From Macrostomum lignano (Eukaryota): DNA of 62,008 nt. The DNA lies in NCBI GenBank assembly GCA_002269645.1, contig NIVC01001032.1, forward strand, positions 1 through 62,008, given 5' to 3'. Shown here one piece after another: positions 51,762-62,008 of the stretch (positions are counted from its first letter, which is position 1; every line of letters starts with the position of its first letter). The translations under genes and the position numbers were made by a program. Below the pieces are notes generated by a model. The model saw only the letters and a list, made by a program, of their open reading frames with translations, made no database searches and had not been told where the DNA came from.

Positions 51762-52504
51762 ACAGTTTTTTTGTGCTAAAAAAGAGAACCTCATATCTCT
51801 GTAATGTATTTTCTCGAAAAAAACCGAGCTCAAATGTACCTGCCAATGCAAGAAAGTCAGACTATTGTACAGAATGTACACTCTGCATGAGCGTGTGCCT
51901 CCTTGACTTGCAGCAGTGCCCCCCGTTTTGACTTTCACCGTAATGTAATATAAGAACTATATTTTCGCGGAAAATAAGAAAAGTATTATATTTAAATTAA
52001 AAATTTTCTTATAGCTGCGTTAATGAAGTTAGGAAAATGATGCCACCGACTTTATTTTATATTAGCTAACTTAGTTGACATTACATATGAGCAATACTTG
52101 ATAAATTTTATTCGAACAATACAGTAATAATAGTGCAATAACACAAAAAATGATTAGAAAATACTGAATTTTATCATACAGTACGACGGAACAGCTGCAA
52201 CGGAAGTTAAAATTACAAGAGCAAAATCTTGAAAAATCGAATAGTTGCTACGCAGGATAAAATGATTTAAAACGTACCAGCTTAGTTAGAAATGCATTGT
52301 ATTGAGCTGTCAAAGTCAACTAACATATTCTTACAAAATTTACATTGAAGTTTTATAAATGCTTATGATATATTTTGAGCTAGAATAGGAGTACAAACGA
52401 AAGATATGAAATAGAATAAAATAGGTTTAAAAAAGAAAAAAACGGTTTCGAAGTTCAATTGCACAACAATAAGTATTTGCTGCAATCTTCTGAGTTATTG
52501 ATTT

Positions 52505-55500
52505 CTAAGAAACATCCCACGTGCCCATCGACGTTCGAAATCGACGACCAGCAGCGCTGATGCGCTTCAGCTGACGGCCTGGTGTCGCCAACCAGCTGGC
52601 GACACGATCGGATGCTGTTGACGAAGATTGTCGAGGCACGAAATTTGTCTGCTGAGAAGGCGGCGGCGGCGGAGGAGGAGGCATGAGAGAAGCCGAAGGT
52701 GGAGGAGACGACGGCGGATGCAGCCAGGCGGCTAAATTGTGCAAACTGGCGCGCCGACGCTTAGCAAGTCGTTGGCGCCGTTCGGCGGCGCACCACATTG
52801 CCATCTCTTCTTCAGCTAAGCTTGGCACTCCGCCAATAGACCGCTCGTCTGTCAGACTATCGTCAAGTTCATTTCGACTCCGATGCCTACTTCTAGGACG
52901 CTGTTGTTGTTTAGGAAACACCGGAGACCAGCGACGATTGGCAGCTGCGGCCAGCTGCTGGTACTGCTGACGCGAGCGAGTGAGCTGAGACGATAAATCG
53001 TCGATTCGAGCTACCAATGCCGAATTAGTTGCCTTAGCTAAGTCAAGCTCTTTTCTGCACTTTTCCAATGTCAGCGCGTCAAGTAGCGAAGAAGTAGTCA
53101 AAGGCAATTGCAACTCTTCCTCATCCGTTGCTTCTGCTTTTGCTGGTTTGGGGTTGACGGTAGCATTAGACAGTCGGCCGGCTCTACCCACACGAAAGGA
53201 ACAGTCATTGTCCTCCGAGATTCCGCAACCAGCGTGTAAGCCGTTGTCCCTGCTGTGATAGTTCAGCTCTGATAACAGTTCATCATCCTCGTCTTCATCT
53301 AAATCGTCCGCATCTACCGGGGCGTAGGAGGTGACAGCCGTGTATCGATCAAACGTCTGGTCGAGTCGCGCCTCAACGTGTTTGCCCACCTGTAGTAAAG
53401 CCTGAGATGGCGAGTCAAGTGAAAAACGCACTACACCTTCTGCAGTTCGATTTGAAACTTCTTCAACATCGCGTTCAACGCGGCTATCAACCTTGGTGCA
53501 ACTTGACGAAGTAAGTCTTTCGGTTGAAATTGAATAAGAATCAAGGCGGGCTTCGACGGCTCTACTGACGACAGTAACTGGATTAATATCGAAGTCCGAA
53601 GTGGTTTCAGTTTCTTTATCGACACAAACGGGCTTCAATGGTTCAATGCGGATTTCAATTCCTTTGTCGACACAAACCGGTTTTGGAATTTTAAGACAAG
53701 TTCCGACTTTTTTGCTTACACAAATTGGCTTAGGTAGTTCAAAAGATTCTCCGACATTTTTGTCGATGCAAACAGGCTTAGGCGAATCAATACAGGCGTC
53801 GACCTCTTGGTCGGAACAAAGTGGCTTTGGCGCATCAATACAGGCTTCAACCTCTTTGTCGGCACAAATTGGCTTTGGCGGATCAAAACAGACTTCGAGT
53901 TCTTTGTCGGCACAAAGTGGCTTTGGCGCATCAATGCAGGCTTCGACCTCTTTGTCGGCACAAAGTGGCTTTGGCGGATCAAGACAGACTTCGACCTCTT
54001 TGTCGAGGCAAACTGGTTTAGGAGAAGTAATATTAACACCGACTTTTTTGTTAACACATATCGGTTTAGGCAAGAGAATGCAAGCGTTAATTTGTTTGTC
54101 AAGGCAAACAGGCTTAGGCGGTTCAATGCAGCAGGCCTCAACTGAGCGATCAATAGTGACGGGATTCAAGTTAGCTGAAATGCCAACATCTGAGCAGCTA
54201 GGACCTCTTACTCCACACCGACACAGATAAAGTTCTTGTTGCAATTCGGTTAATTGTTTATTGTTGATCTTTTCTCTCTGATCAGCCAATTGTAGCAGCT
54301 GTGTGGCCTCGTTTAACTGCGCATTTAGAGAGTCAACATCGGCCTAAAAAATGAACGATAAACATTTTAACTGTATAATTGCGGCCTATGAGATAGTTAT
54401 GGAAAGTTAACGGTGGCCCAGCAACTGGATCTGTGAGGGTAGCCCTGGCCTAGCAACTGAGGATCTGGGAGGCTGGTGGCCCAGCAACTGAGGATCTGGG
54501 AGGCTGGTGGCCCAGCAACTGAGGATCTGGGAGGCTGGCCCAGCAACTGAGGATCTGGGAGGCTGGTGACCCAGCAACTGAGGATCTGGGAGGCTGGTGA
54601 CCCAGCAACTGAGGATCTGGGAGGCTGGTGAACCAGCAACTGAGGATCTGGGAGGCTGGCCCAGCAACTGAGGATCTGGGAGGCTGGCCCAGCAACTAAG
54701 GATCTGAGAGACCGCTCCCCTACATGGAGCTTAGATCCCAACCTGAAGCCGATCAGCCTTTTCCACTGCTTCCGCCAGCCGCGCCTGACTCTCGACAGCC
54801 TCGGTCTGGCCGCGATGCCGCAGTTTCGCGGCAGCCGCCTCGGCCGCGCGATTAGCTTCAGCGACTCGACGTCGAGATCGTTTGGCGTCGGTTAGAGCGT
54901 CCTCGAGCGCCGCGCGAAGCTCGTCGGCCACGTCAGCGGAGCGAGCGCATTGGCATTCCAACTCGGCTACGCGAGCCTCCAGCCTGCAGCGTGTCAGCTC
55001 GCTGGTGCGCAGGCGAACTTCGAGCCAGTAGGCCGCAGTCTCAGGATCCCGACCGTCGGTTGTGGTAGCGGAACTATCAAGAATTTCGACAGTTGCCACC
55101 GGCTTTGGCTGTAAATAAAATACAGAAAACAAGGGATAAATCTGCATCATTTCTTAAATGCAGACAAGCGATTCTCATAGGAGTCTAGAGGGCGATTCTT
55201 ATAGAAGTCTAGAGGGCGATTCTTATAGAAGTCTAGAGGGCGATTCTCATAGGAGTCTAGAGGGCGATTCTTATAGGAGTCTAGAGGGCGATTCTCATAG
55301 GAGTCTAGAGGGCGATTTTCATAGGAGTCTAGAGGGCGATTCTTATAGGAGTCTAGAGGGCGATTCTCATAGGAGTCTAGAGGGCGATTCTCATAGGAGT
55401 CTAGAGGCGATTGTCAAGGGAGCCAGAGAGCAATTCTAAGAAGAAGCTTAGAGTACAATTCTCAAAGGAGAATTTCGAAAACAATGAGAATAACCTTGGC

Positions 55501-56187
55501 GGCTGAGTTCAAGTCGGCGGCCGTGTCAGCAGCAGCAGCGGCAACAGGCTTGGCCGGCTTCAGAAGACAGTGGAACAGATCGCAGGTCAAATTCGTGCCT
55601 TCCGTCAGGCTGAGCAGCGGCCGAAGCGAGGCCACCGCCCGCGGCTGCAGCTCGTCGGGCAGAGCGTCGGCAGCCGCGGCGGCAACCTCGAGGGTGCGCG
55701 GCTGACGAAGCCAAGCGGCCAGCAGCAGCACGCAGGCTTTCAACAGTTCCCAGTCGCGTCGACGACAAGAGGCATCGTCGTCAACAGAATCGACAGACTC
55801 CACAGCGACTATTCGATCCCAGTCTAATACTCGAACAGAGCCGTACGGAGTTCGAAAAGCTTTATCGAGATATTCTTCTAGGCAGGCGAATCTAGGCAGA
55901 GCCGTTTCTAACGGCCCGTGACAATCGCCTGCGCTCCAGTCGGGGTCAACTCGGGTCACCAGTTCCAACAGAACGGATCCGTCTACTAAATCGGCAAAAT
56001 TTAAGCTTGCATTATTTGATTCGTCAGACTGAGCCAGCAGCGATAGCCATTGCAGGATGCACTTCTGAGCGTCCGGGTCTGCTTCTACATAATTAGCATT
56101 GGTCGAGCAAATACTACAGACTGAAGCTGATGTAGCGGCCTCTGTCGCAACACTGCCGTTACTGTTCGATGATGCTTGAGTTGCCAT
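52505..56187 (-). CDS. HOOK-N (CH-like) domain coiled-coil protein with Cys-rich 15-aa repeats, ~965 aa; exons 56187-55495, 55108-54743, 54343-52505
   Basis: ILQWL...FADLVDGSVLLELVTRVDPDW resembles the Hook/NuMA/Girdin N-terminal domain; heptad-rich exon 2; phase-0 GT-AG junctions; open to stop at 52505. Confidence 0.72.
54430..54705. repeat. 28-31 bp minisatellite (cccagcaactgaggatctgggaggctgg)
   Basis: Intron 2 of the HOOK-like gene. Confidence 0.9.
55165..55408. repeat. 24-bp minisatellite (gcgattctcataggagtctagagg)
   Basis: Intron 1 of the HOOK-like gene; ~10 units. Confidence 0.92.
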
Positions 56188-56369
56188 GCGGAAGTAAAAT
56201 CCAAGACAGAAATTTTCAAAGCGGATTAAGTAATGACAAAAATTCATATCTTTTGTCGCCTAAAAATATATACCGTAAAAGTAAGGAAGGTTAAAAAGGG
56301 TCCTAAGAATTGTATTTGAATTTGCTTCAAGATTGGAAGAGGAAGCGGTTGATAAATATCATATCAATA

Positions 56370-57015
56370 TGAGATGAGTGTCGGACAGTGTCAGATGAGT
56401 GTCGGGTGAGTGTCAGATGAGTGTCGGGTGAGTGTCAGATGAGTGTCGGGTGAGTGTCCGGTGAGTGTCAGATGAGTGTCAGATGAAGGTAAGATGAGTG
56501 TCGGGTGAGTGTCAGATGAGTGTCGGGTGAGTGTCAGATGAGTGTCGGGTGAGTGTCCGGTGAGTGTCAGATGAGTGTCAGATGAAGGTCAGATGAGTGT
56601 CGGGTGAGTGTCAGATGAGTGTCGGACAGTGTCGGACAAAAATTCGACACATCGGACAGTGTCAGATGAGTGTCCGGTGAGTGTGAGATGAGTGTCGGGA
56701 GAGTGTCAGATAAGTGTCCGGTGAGTGTCAGATGAGTGTCGGGTGAGTGTCGGGTGAGTATCCGGTGAGTGTCAGGTGAGTGTCAGATGAAGGTCAGATG
56801 AGTGTCGGGTGAGTGTCAGATGAGTGTCGGGTGAGTGTCGGGTGAGTATCCGGTGAGTGTCAGGTGAGTGTCAGATGAAGGTCAGATGAGTGTCGGGTGA
56901 GTGTCAGATGAGTGTCGGACAGTGTCAGATGAGTTTTAGATGAGTGTCGGACAGTGTCAGATAAGTGTCGGACAGGTCAGATAAGTGTCGGGCAGTGTCA
57001 TTTGAAGTCGGACAG
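56370..57015. repeat. 11-bp satellite (gagtgtcagat/gagtgtcgggt)
   Basis: Direct inspection. Confidence 0.92.
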
Positions 57016-57500
57016 TGTTAATCATGAGTCCTATGAGATTTAAATCAACCTCAATATTAGAAATACACAAGGCAAAATAAACAAAATACAAGACACAAAT
57101 TATAATAACGTGCGTTATGCAAAAAGATGTTCAATTTTGGAGGGAATTTCCTAAACGCCATTCTTTTATTGTAAATCAACTTTAATCAGATGGATAAAAA
57201 GTGGAAAAAGTTTCTTTATAAGTTCTTATCAAGTTTTTGTAGCGTCCAATAGAATAATAACAAATAAACAAGCAGCAAAAGTTATAACCGGAATTATGAA
57301 TTGCTTTATTATTAAAAATGAATAAATTACCGTCACCGTAGATGTTAAAATATGATTTTTGTATAAAGAATCGAAGCTGAAACTAATGGAGATTCAATCG
57401 ATACAGACATTGATTGGTTAAAATTGAAAAATTGAAACACACGTTTAACCTACAATAAACTATTGATATAAAGGAATTACTTTAGATCAGAGAACACATT

Positions 57501-57661
57501 GGGCCGTATGCGGAAAGCCTAGTCCAGACTAGCTATTCCGGACTTGGGTAGTTCAGTCTATAGTAGACTGGTCTAACTTTGTGTTTCTGCATACCAAATC
57601 CAAGTCTAGACTAGATTTTCAAGACCGGACTACCCTAGACAGAGCTTTCTGCATACGGCCC
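57501..57661. mobile_element. MITE with GGGCCGTATGC TIRs
   Basis: gggccgtatgcggaaag vs ctttctgcatacggccc. Confidence 0.65.
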
Positions 57662-57713
57662 ATAAAGTTCTAGCCACTAGCCACTTTTAAAACAACACTC
57701 CGTTGGGGAGGGG

Positions 57714-57862
57714 GTTTAGGCCATAGACAAAAGCTCGGAACTAATTAGAGAGCTGATGTACAATTTAAAATCCCATAGAAACAACCATAGTTTGGGCCAC
57801 AGACAACACTGAGCAAATTTTCTGATCAAGCTCGGATGTCAAAAGTTTGTCTATGGCCAAAC
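57714..57862. mobile_element. Second adjacent MITE
   Basis: ggtttaggccatagacaaa vs tttgtctatggccaaacc. Confidence 0.6.
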
Positions 57863-57936
57863 CTATCCTAATTCTGTAGGCTCTCAACTTTGCACGACAA
57901 AAGCAATACCAACAGGGTCACACTATCCAGCTAAAT

Positions 57937-59120
57937 TCACTGACTCTTGTTAACCGACTCTTGCAGCCGTTCGTCGTCGCGCAGGACTCGAACCCAGGCG
58001 GTCAGCTGAGCAGCTCGCAGTCTAGCCCAAACAGAGTGCTCAGTAACGCCTGTAGCCAAGATCTGCGCAGCAGCCAGGGCGGCAGCATTAGCGCCAAGCA
58101 CTGTGACGCAGCCAAGGCCGGATGGCATTCGCAGAGACGAGCCCAGATCCCAGCCAGCCCAGTCTGCGCTAACTGGTGGAGCGTTAATCACCGGAGCGCA
58201 CAGGTTGCCGCTGAGCACGGGGCCAAGGCCGTTGGATCGGCCAGCCACGGCTATGACAGCTGTTGGGCCTCTAGCCGGGTCCGAGGCCAGGGCGCCAACC
58301 TCCAGAGCAAATCGGGTAGCTTTGTGAGCTGAGCAGACTCGAATGTCCACCTGTCATGATGTTTGAGGGGGCATTGTGTTGATTAATGAGTTGGGTGAAT
58401 GGGACACCAGGACCTGAAGGAACCAGAGACAATGGACATCAGCATCTGAAGTAACCCCAAGACAAAGAATATCAGCACCTGAAGGGACCCAAGACAATGG
58501 ACATCAGCACCCGAAGGAACCCCAAGACAATAGACATCGGCACCTGAAAGAACCCCAACACAATGGACATCAGCACCTGAAGGAAACTCAAGACAATAGA
58601 CATCAGCACCTGAAGGAACCCTAAGACAATAGACATCAGCACCTGAAGGAACCCTAAGACAATAGACATCAGCACCTGAAGGCCCCTAAGACAATAGACA
58701 TCAGCACCTGAAGGAACCCCAAGACAAAGGATATCAGCACCTGAAGGACCCAAGACAATGGACATCAGCACCTGAAGGAACCCAACCGACATAAGCACGG
58801 TAGCTACAAACCTGCTCCACTCCCAGTTTGCGCAGCTCGGCAGCAATGCTCTTGCAATAGTCAGCATCAGTGGCCGATCCCATAGCAATAATGACGCGAC
58901 CCTTTGGCGAACTCAATACGGCTGGCAATTTGTCGGCAACCCATTGGAAATTGCGCAGCACAGCGCGGAGTCCGTCGTCGGTGACTTCGGCCATGTCACG
59001 GTAGACCTGCTTGTCAACCATTAGGCGCTTGTCGCCGCCAGGCCAGAGTCGCCAAGAGTCGCTGTCAATCACGTCAGCGAGTAGTATTTCGCCTGTTTCG
59101 GCATCAACGCCGTATTCAAC
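57937..59120 (-). CDS. PAICS: Bifunctional SAICAR synthetase/AIR carboxylase, 3' exons 59120-58812 and 58350-57937; 5' exons not found in window
   Basis: VEYGVDAETGEILLADVIDSDSWRLWP, IIAMGSATD, IRVCSAHK, AVAGRSNGLGPVLSGN motifs; phase-0 GT-AG intron. Confidence 0.95.
58410..58790. repeat. 33-bp minisatellite in PAICS intron
   Basis: gacatcagcacctgaaggaaccccaagacaata units. Confidence 0.92.
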
Positions 59121-59212
59121 CTGCGAATTAAGGGGGGATGGAGGCGTCAGACTCTCGCGCTAGGACCCCTGATTTGAGTCTGTGCGCGGCCTCACCCAAA
59201 AATACAGGCAGT

Positions 59213-59275
59213 ACTAATTAGATGACGAGGCATTTAGCCCTAATATTACAGTTAAAGTTACTCCTGCCGTTTACC
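59213..59275 (-). repeat. 28S rRNA-derived fragment (H68-H71 region), copy B
   Basis: Minus strand GGTAAACGGCAGGAGTAACT...AAATGCCTCGTCATCTAATTAGT. Confidence 0.75.
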
Positions 59276-59321
59276 TAAAGTCTGCAGATTCTATTTGTTG
59301 CTTGCAAAACCTAGACAGTGT

Positions 59322-59412
59322 GCTCAGAAGGAAGGCAGCATCACGGGACGGGTCTTCATACAGTATTTTTAATCACTGTCAGAAGAGGGAGCCCGTGTTT
59401 TGTCATCATTGC
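59322..59412 (-). ncRNA. Box C/D snoRNA copy 1 (guides 18S Gm436- and Am468-equivalents)
   Basis: Minus strand: C box TGATGA, D' CTGA, C'-like TATGA, D CTGA; guides GGCTCCCTCTT and TGCTGCCTTCCTT antisense to 18S. Confidence 0.9.
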
Positions 59413-59482
59413 CACAAATAGCTATATTAATATAATCGCCGTGATTTGTAGAAATAAAAGAATTTTTAGCACCATTTTTTTC

Positions 59483-59573
59483 GCTCAGAAGGAAGGCAGC
59501 ATCACGGGACGGGTCTTCATGCAGTTTTTGTTAAAACTGTCAGAAGAGGGAGCCCGTGTCTTGTCATCACCGC
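59483..59573 (-). ncRNA. Box C/D snoRNA copy 2
   Basis: As copy 1; flanking stem tttagcacca/tggtgcttaaa. Confidence 0.92.
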
Positions 59574-59606
59574 AATTACTGGTGCTTAAAATATTCACGA
59601 CGCATA

Positions 59607-59772
59607 AAGTGTCAGTTTGCTGGGTAATGCTGCACAGTCACTTATTTATCTAGACATTGCACAGCGACCATTGCAAACATTACTGCATTGTAAGCTGATG
59701 CAGAAACATAGCATAACTGAACCCGTCATCATTTGGATACAGACAGAGCTCAGCTTCACCAATAACAGCCAA
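59607..59772 (-). ncRNA. Candidate box H/ACA snoRNA copy A
   Basis: Conserved with 60292-60464; two hairpins; ACA 3 nt from the predicted 3' end; H box imperfect in this copy. Confidence 0.45.
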
Positions 59773-59902
59773 GAACATAACGATGCTTTGCTCAAATCGA
59801 CAGGCGATGAGATTCTCGAAAAATATTAGGCCATAACACAAATAATTCAAACTACGATTTACGCATAGTTAAGCTGCAAATTTTTAAATCAACACCTGAT
59901 TC

Positions 59903-59991
59903 GCTCAGAAGGAAGGCAGCATCACGGGACGGGTCTTCATACAGTTTTTTATAACTGTCAGAAGAGGGAGCCCGTGTCTTGTCATCACCGC
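59903..59991 (-). ncRNA. Box C/D snoRNA copy 3
   Basis: As copy 1; flanking stem aacacct/aggtgtt. Confidence 0.92.
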
Positions 59992-60174
59992 AAGCAAGGT
60001 GTTAAGATTGTTTTATGCCAGCAATGACGTCAAGTAAACACATTTCCTCTCAGCAGCCGTAAGTTAAGCAGATTCGGCGATGGTTAGTATGCATTTTAAC
60101 TAAATTAATCTGTCATATTAACAAGAACTCTGGATATTTTAAGACTGCTTTGTCATAATAAACACCTTATTTAT

Positions 60175-60265
60175 GCTCAGAAGGAAGGCAGCATCACGGG
60201 ACAGGTCTTCATGCAGTTTTTGTTAAAACTGTCCGAAGAGGGAGCCCGTGTCTTGTCATCACCGC
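60175..60265 (-). ncRNA. Box C/D snoRNA copy 4 (D' box changed to CGGA)
   Basis: As copy 1; plus strand reads gtccgaag instead of gtcagaag. Confidence 0.88.
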
Positions 60266-60291
60266 AAATAATGGTGCTTAAAAGATTTATG

Positions 60292-60464
60292 AAGTGTCAG
60301 TTTGCTGGGTAATGCTGCACAGTCACCTATTCATCTAGACATTGCACAGCGACCATTGCAAACATAAAGCTACATTTATTGTAGGGCTGATGCAAATTTA
60401 TTGCCTAACTGAACCTGTCAATATTAAAAGTAAATACAGATTTCAGCTTCACCAATACAGCCAA
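60292..60464 (-). ncRNA. Candidate box H/ACA snoRNA copy B
   Basis: Two hairpins with stem-preserving differences vs copy A; ACAATA (ANANNA) between hairpins; terminal ACA. Confidence 0.48.
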
Positions 60465-60538
60465 ATAAATAGAACAATATTTGATTTTAGTTATTGGCAT
60501 TAAAGCGGTTAAAATACAATTGTAGCAATACCTTTTTT

Positions 60539-60627
60539 GCTCAGAAGCAAGGCAGCATCACGGGACGGGTCTTCATACAGTTTTTTATAACTGTCAGAAG
60601 AGGGAGACCGGGTTTTGTCATCACCGC
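60539..60627 (-). ncRNA. Box C/D snoRNA copy 5 (one substitution in each guide)
   Basis: aagcaaggcagc vs aaggaaggcagc; agagggagaccg vs agagggagcccg. Confidence 0.82.
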
Positions 60628-60635
60628 AAAGCAGA

Positions 60636-61784
60636 CCCGTTGGAAAAGTTATGCACCTGCAGAGGCATAAAAGGTGAGCGAGGTGCACAAAGAGGCACTT
60701 TAGTGGCCTATTTCGTGCATGTTTTGGAAATGCACCTGAGTGCACCTTTTAGGCCTAAATGTCACCAATATTTTTGAAAAGAGGCATGAAAGGTGTAAAA
60801 TCGGTGAAGTGGTCAGGCAGTAGGTGAATTCTCAATTTTGATTGGTTGCGGCGGTAGGGCAGTAAAGGTGCGTAAGGGGCACTGGAGGTGCGCAAAAGGT
60901 GAACAGCAGGCACACAAGTGAGGCACAGCAGGTGTAGGAAAGGTGCTGAAGGGGCGCAGAAAGTGCACGAAAGGTGAATTAGAGGTGCATAAGGTGTACA
61001 TGTGCGGCGTAAATATGTATACAGGTGCATTTCCAAAACACGCTCGAAATATACCCTAAAGTGCCTCTTCTGTGCACCTCGCTCACGTTTTATGCCTATG
61101 CACGAATTAACGCATTAAGAATTCGTAACAAAAAATTAACTGAGAGTTACATACTCGTACATTGCACGCACAGATCGAACATAGAAAAGCTTTATTTACA
61201 CCTATACTAATCGCTGCTATCCCCTTCCTGATCCTGACAAACCACGAAACTAAACATTTCCTATACTGATAAGTTTTAATAAATTTCAACTCAGGAAAAG
61301 TTCCGAAAAGTGATGAAAAGGTTTGCATTAGTGAGGAAAAATTTCGAATAGTGAGAAAAGGTAGCAAAGAACTTCGCCATTTACAACTTTAACGCCCCTT
61401 GCATTGCTCTACGCCTAAAGTGCCCACTGTGCACCTTTTATTCACCTTTCGTGCCTCCAGTGCACACTGTACACTTTTTATGCACCTCTACCGCAGCGCA
61501 CTTTTTTTCACCTTTCACTCCACCAATGCCCCCAATTCCTACTTTGTTCACCTTTTGTGCCTCAACGCACACTGTGCACCTTTAATGCACCTAAATCCCC
61601 TACGACACCTGTGCCCTACCGCCTATTTCGTGCCTTAAATTCACCTTCTGACCCTGCAGAGGCACTCAGGTGAACAAAAGGTGCCACAATGGCACAAAAT
61701 AGGCATAAGAGAGGCGAAAGTCAGGCAGAAGGTGCAAAACTCTTCACCTTTCATGCCTACTTTAAAAACTCAAAATCCAACGGG
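60636..61784. mobile_element. 1.15-kb TIR element (CCCGTTGGA...TCCAACGGG, 3-bp AGA TSD) with GTGCAC-rich subrepeats
   Basis: aga|cccgttgga ... tccaacggg|aga; left third rich in aggtgcac, right third rich in gtgcacct. Confidence 0.78.
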
Positions 61785-61865
61785 AGATGCTAAAGTTGTT
61801 GAGCACCTGTTTGACAATAATTAGTCAAATTTGACATTCGATATTAAATAGGTTAACACCTTTAT

Positions 61866-61955
61866 GCTCAGAAGGAAGCAGCATCACGGGACGGGTCTTC
61901 ATACAGTTTTAGATTAGAACTGTCAGAAGAGGAGCCCGTGTCTTGTCATCACTGC
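61866..61955 (-). ncRNA. Box C/D snoRNA copy 6 (1-nt deletions in both guides, possibly read errors)
   Basis: As copy 1; flanking stem ttaacacctt/aaggtgttataa. Confidence 0.85.
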
Positions 61956-62008
61956 TTAAGGTGTTATAAAAGCGTTTCTTTGAATTCGCAGTTTATCAAT
62001 CTGTCAGT

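Noticed and set aside
60040-60100. Additional C/D snoRNA or SL RNA between copies 3 and 4
   Set aside because: A CTGA is present but there is no convincing C box, only a ~6-nt rRNA match, and no SL features
59322-61955. U14 (SNORD14) identity for the C/D RNA
   Set aside because: U14 pairs with the adjacent sequence and targets C462. Here the D+5 position is A468-equivalent and no U14 domain A is present.

Overview
Animal genomic DNA, not prokaryotic. It is intron- and microsatellite-rich with a 313-nt N gap at 30539-30851; the style resembles a free-living flatworm such as Macrostomum (inference only). Protein genes, most reconstructed by hand across GT-AG junctions: (1) two tandem paralogs of a receptor with mGluR-type Venus-flytrap (VFT) modules but only ONE predicted TM helix and a Tyr-rich tail (copy 1 frameshifted, copy 2 largely intact); (2) an 11-exon BAR-domain gene not visible in the ORF track; (3) a 3-exon MARCH-type RING-CH ligase; (4) CYFIP, 5' two-thirds only, with one frameshift; (5) a secreted C-type lectin + PAN protein with an in-frame TAG; (6) a HOOK-domain coiled-coil protein with Cys-rich 15-aa repeats; (7) the 3' exons of PAICS. 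The strongest non-coding result is a minus-strand cluster upstream of the PAICS exon with six copies of a double-guide box C/D snoRNA, whose two guides land on the known 18S methylation sites equivalent to human Gm436 and Am468. These are interleaved with a candidate H/ACA RNA. Also present: tRNA-Val(AAC), a Penelope GIY-YIG remnant ending in a minimal hammerhead ribozyme, two dispersed 28S-derived fragments with the R2/I-PpoI site eroded, tRNA-derived SINEs, several TIR elements/MITEs, putative Helentron-like elements and many satellites. Scattered 1-nt deletions suggest long-read assembly errors, so pseudogene calls are provisional.
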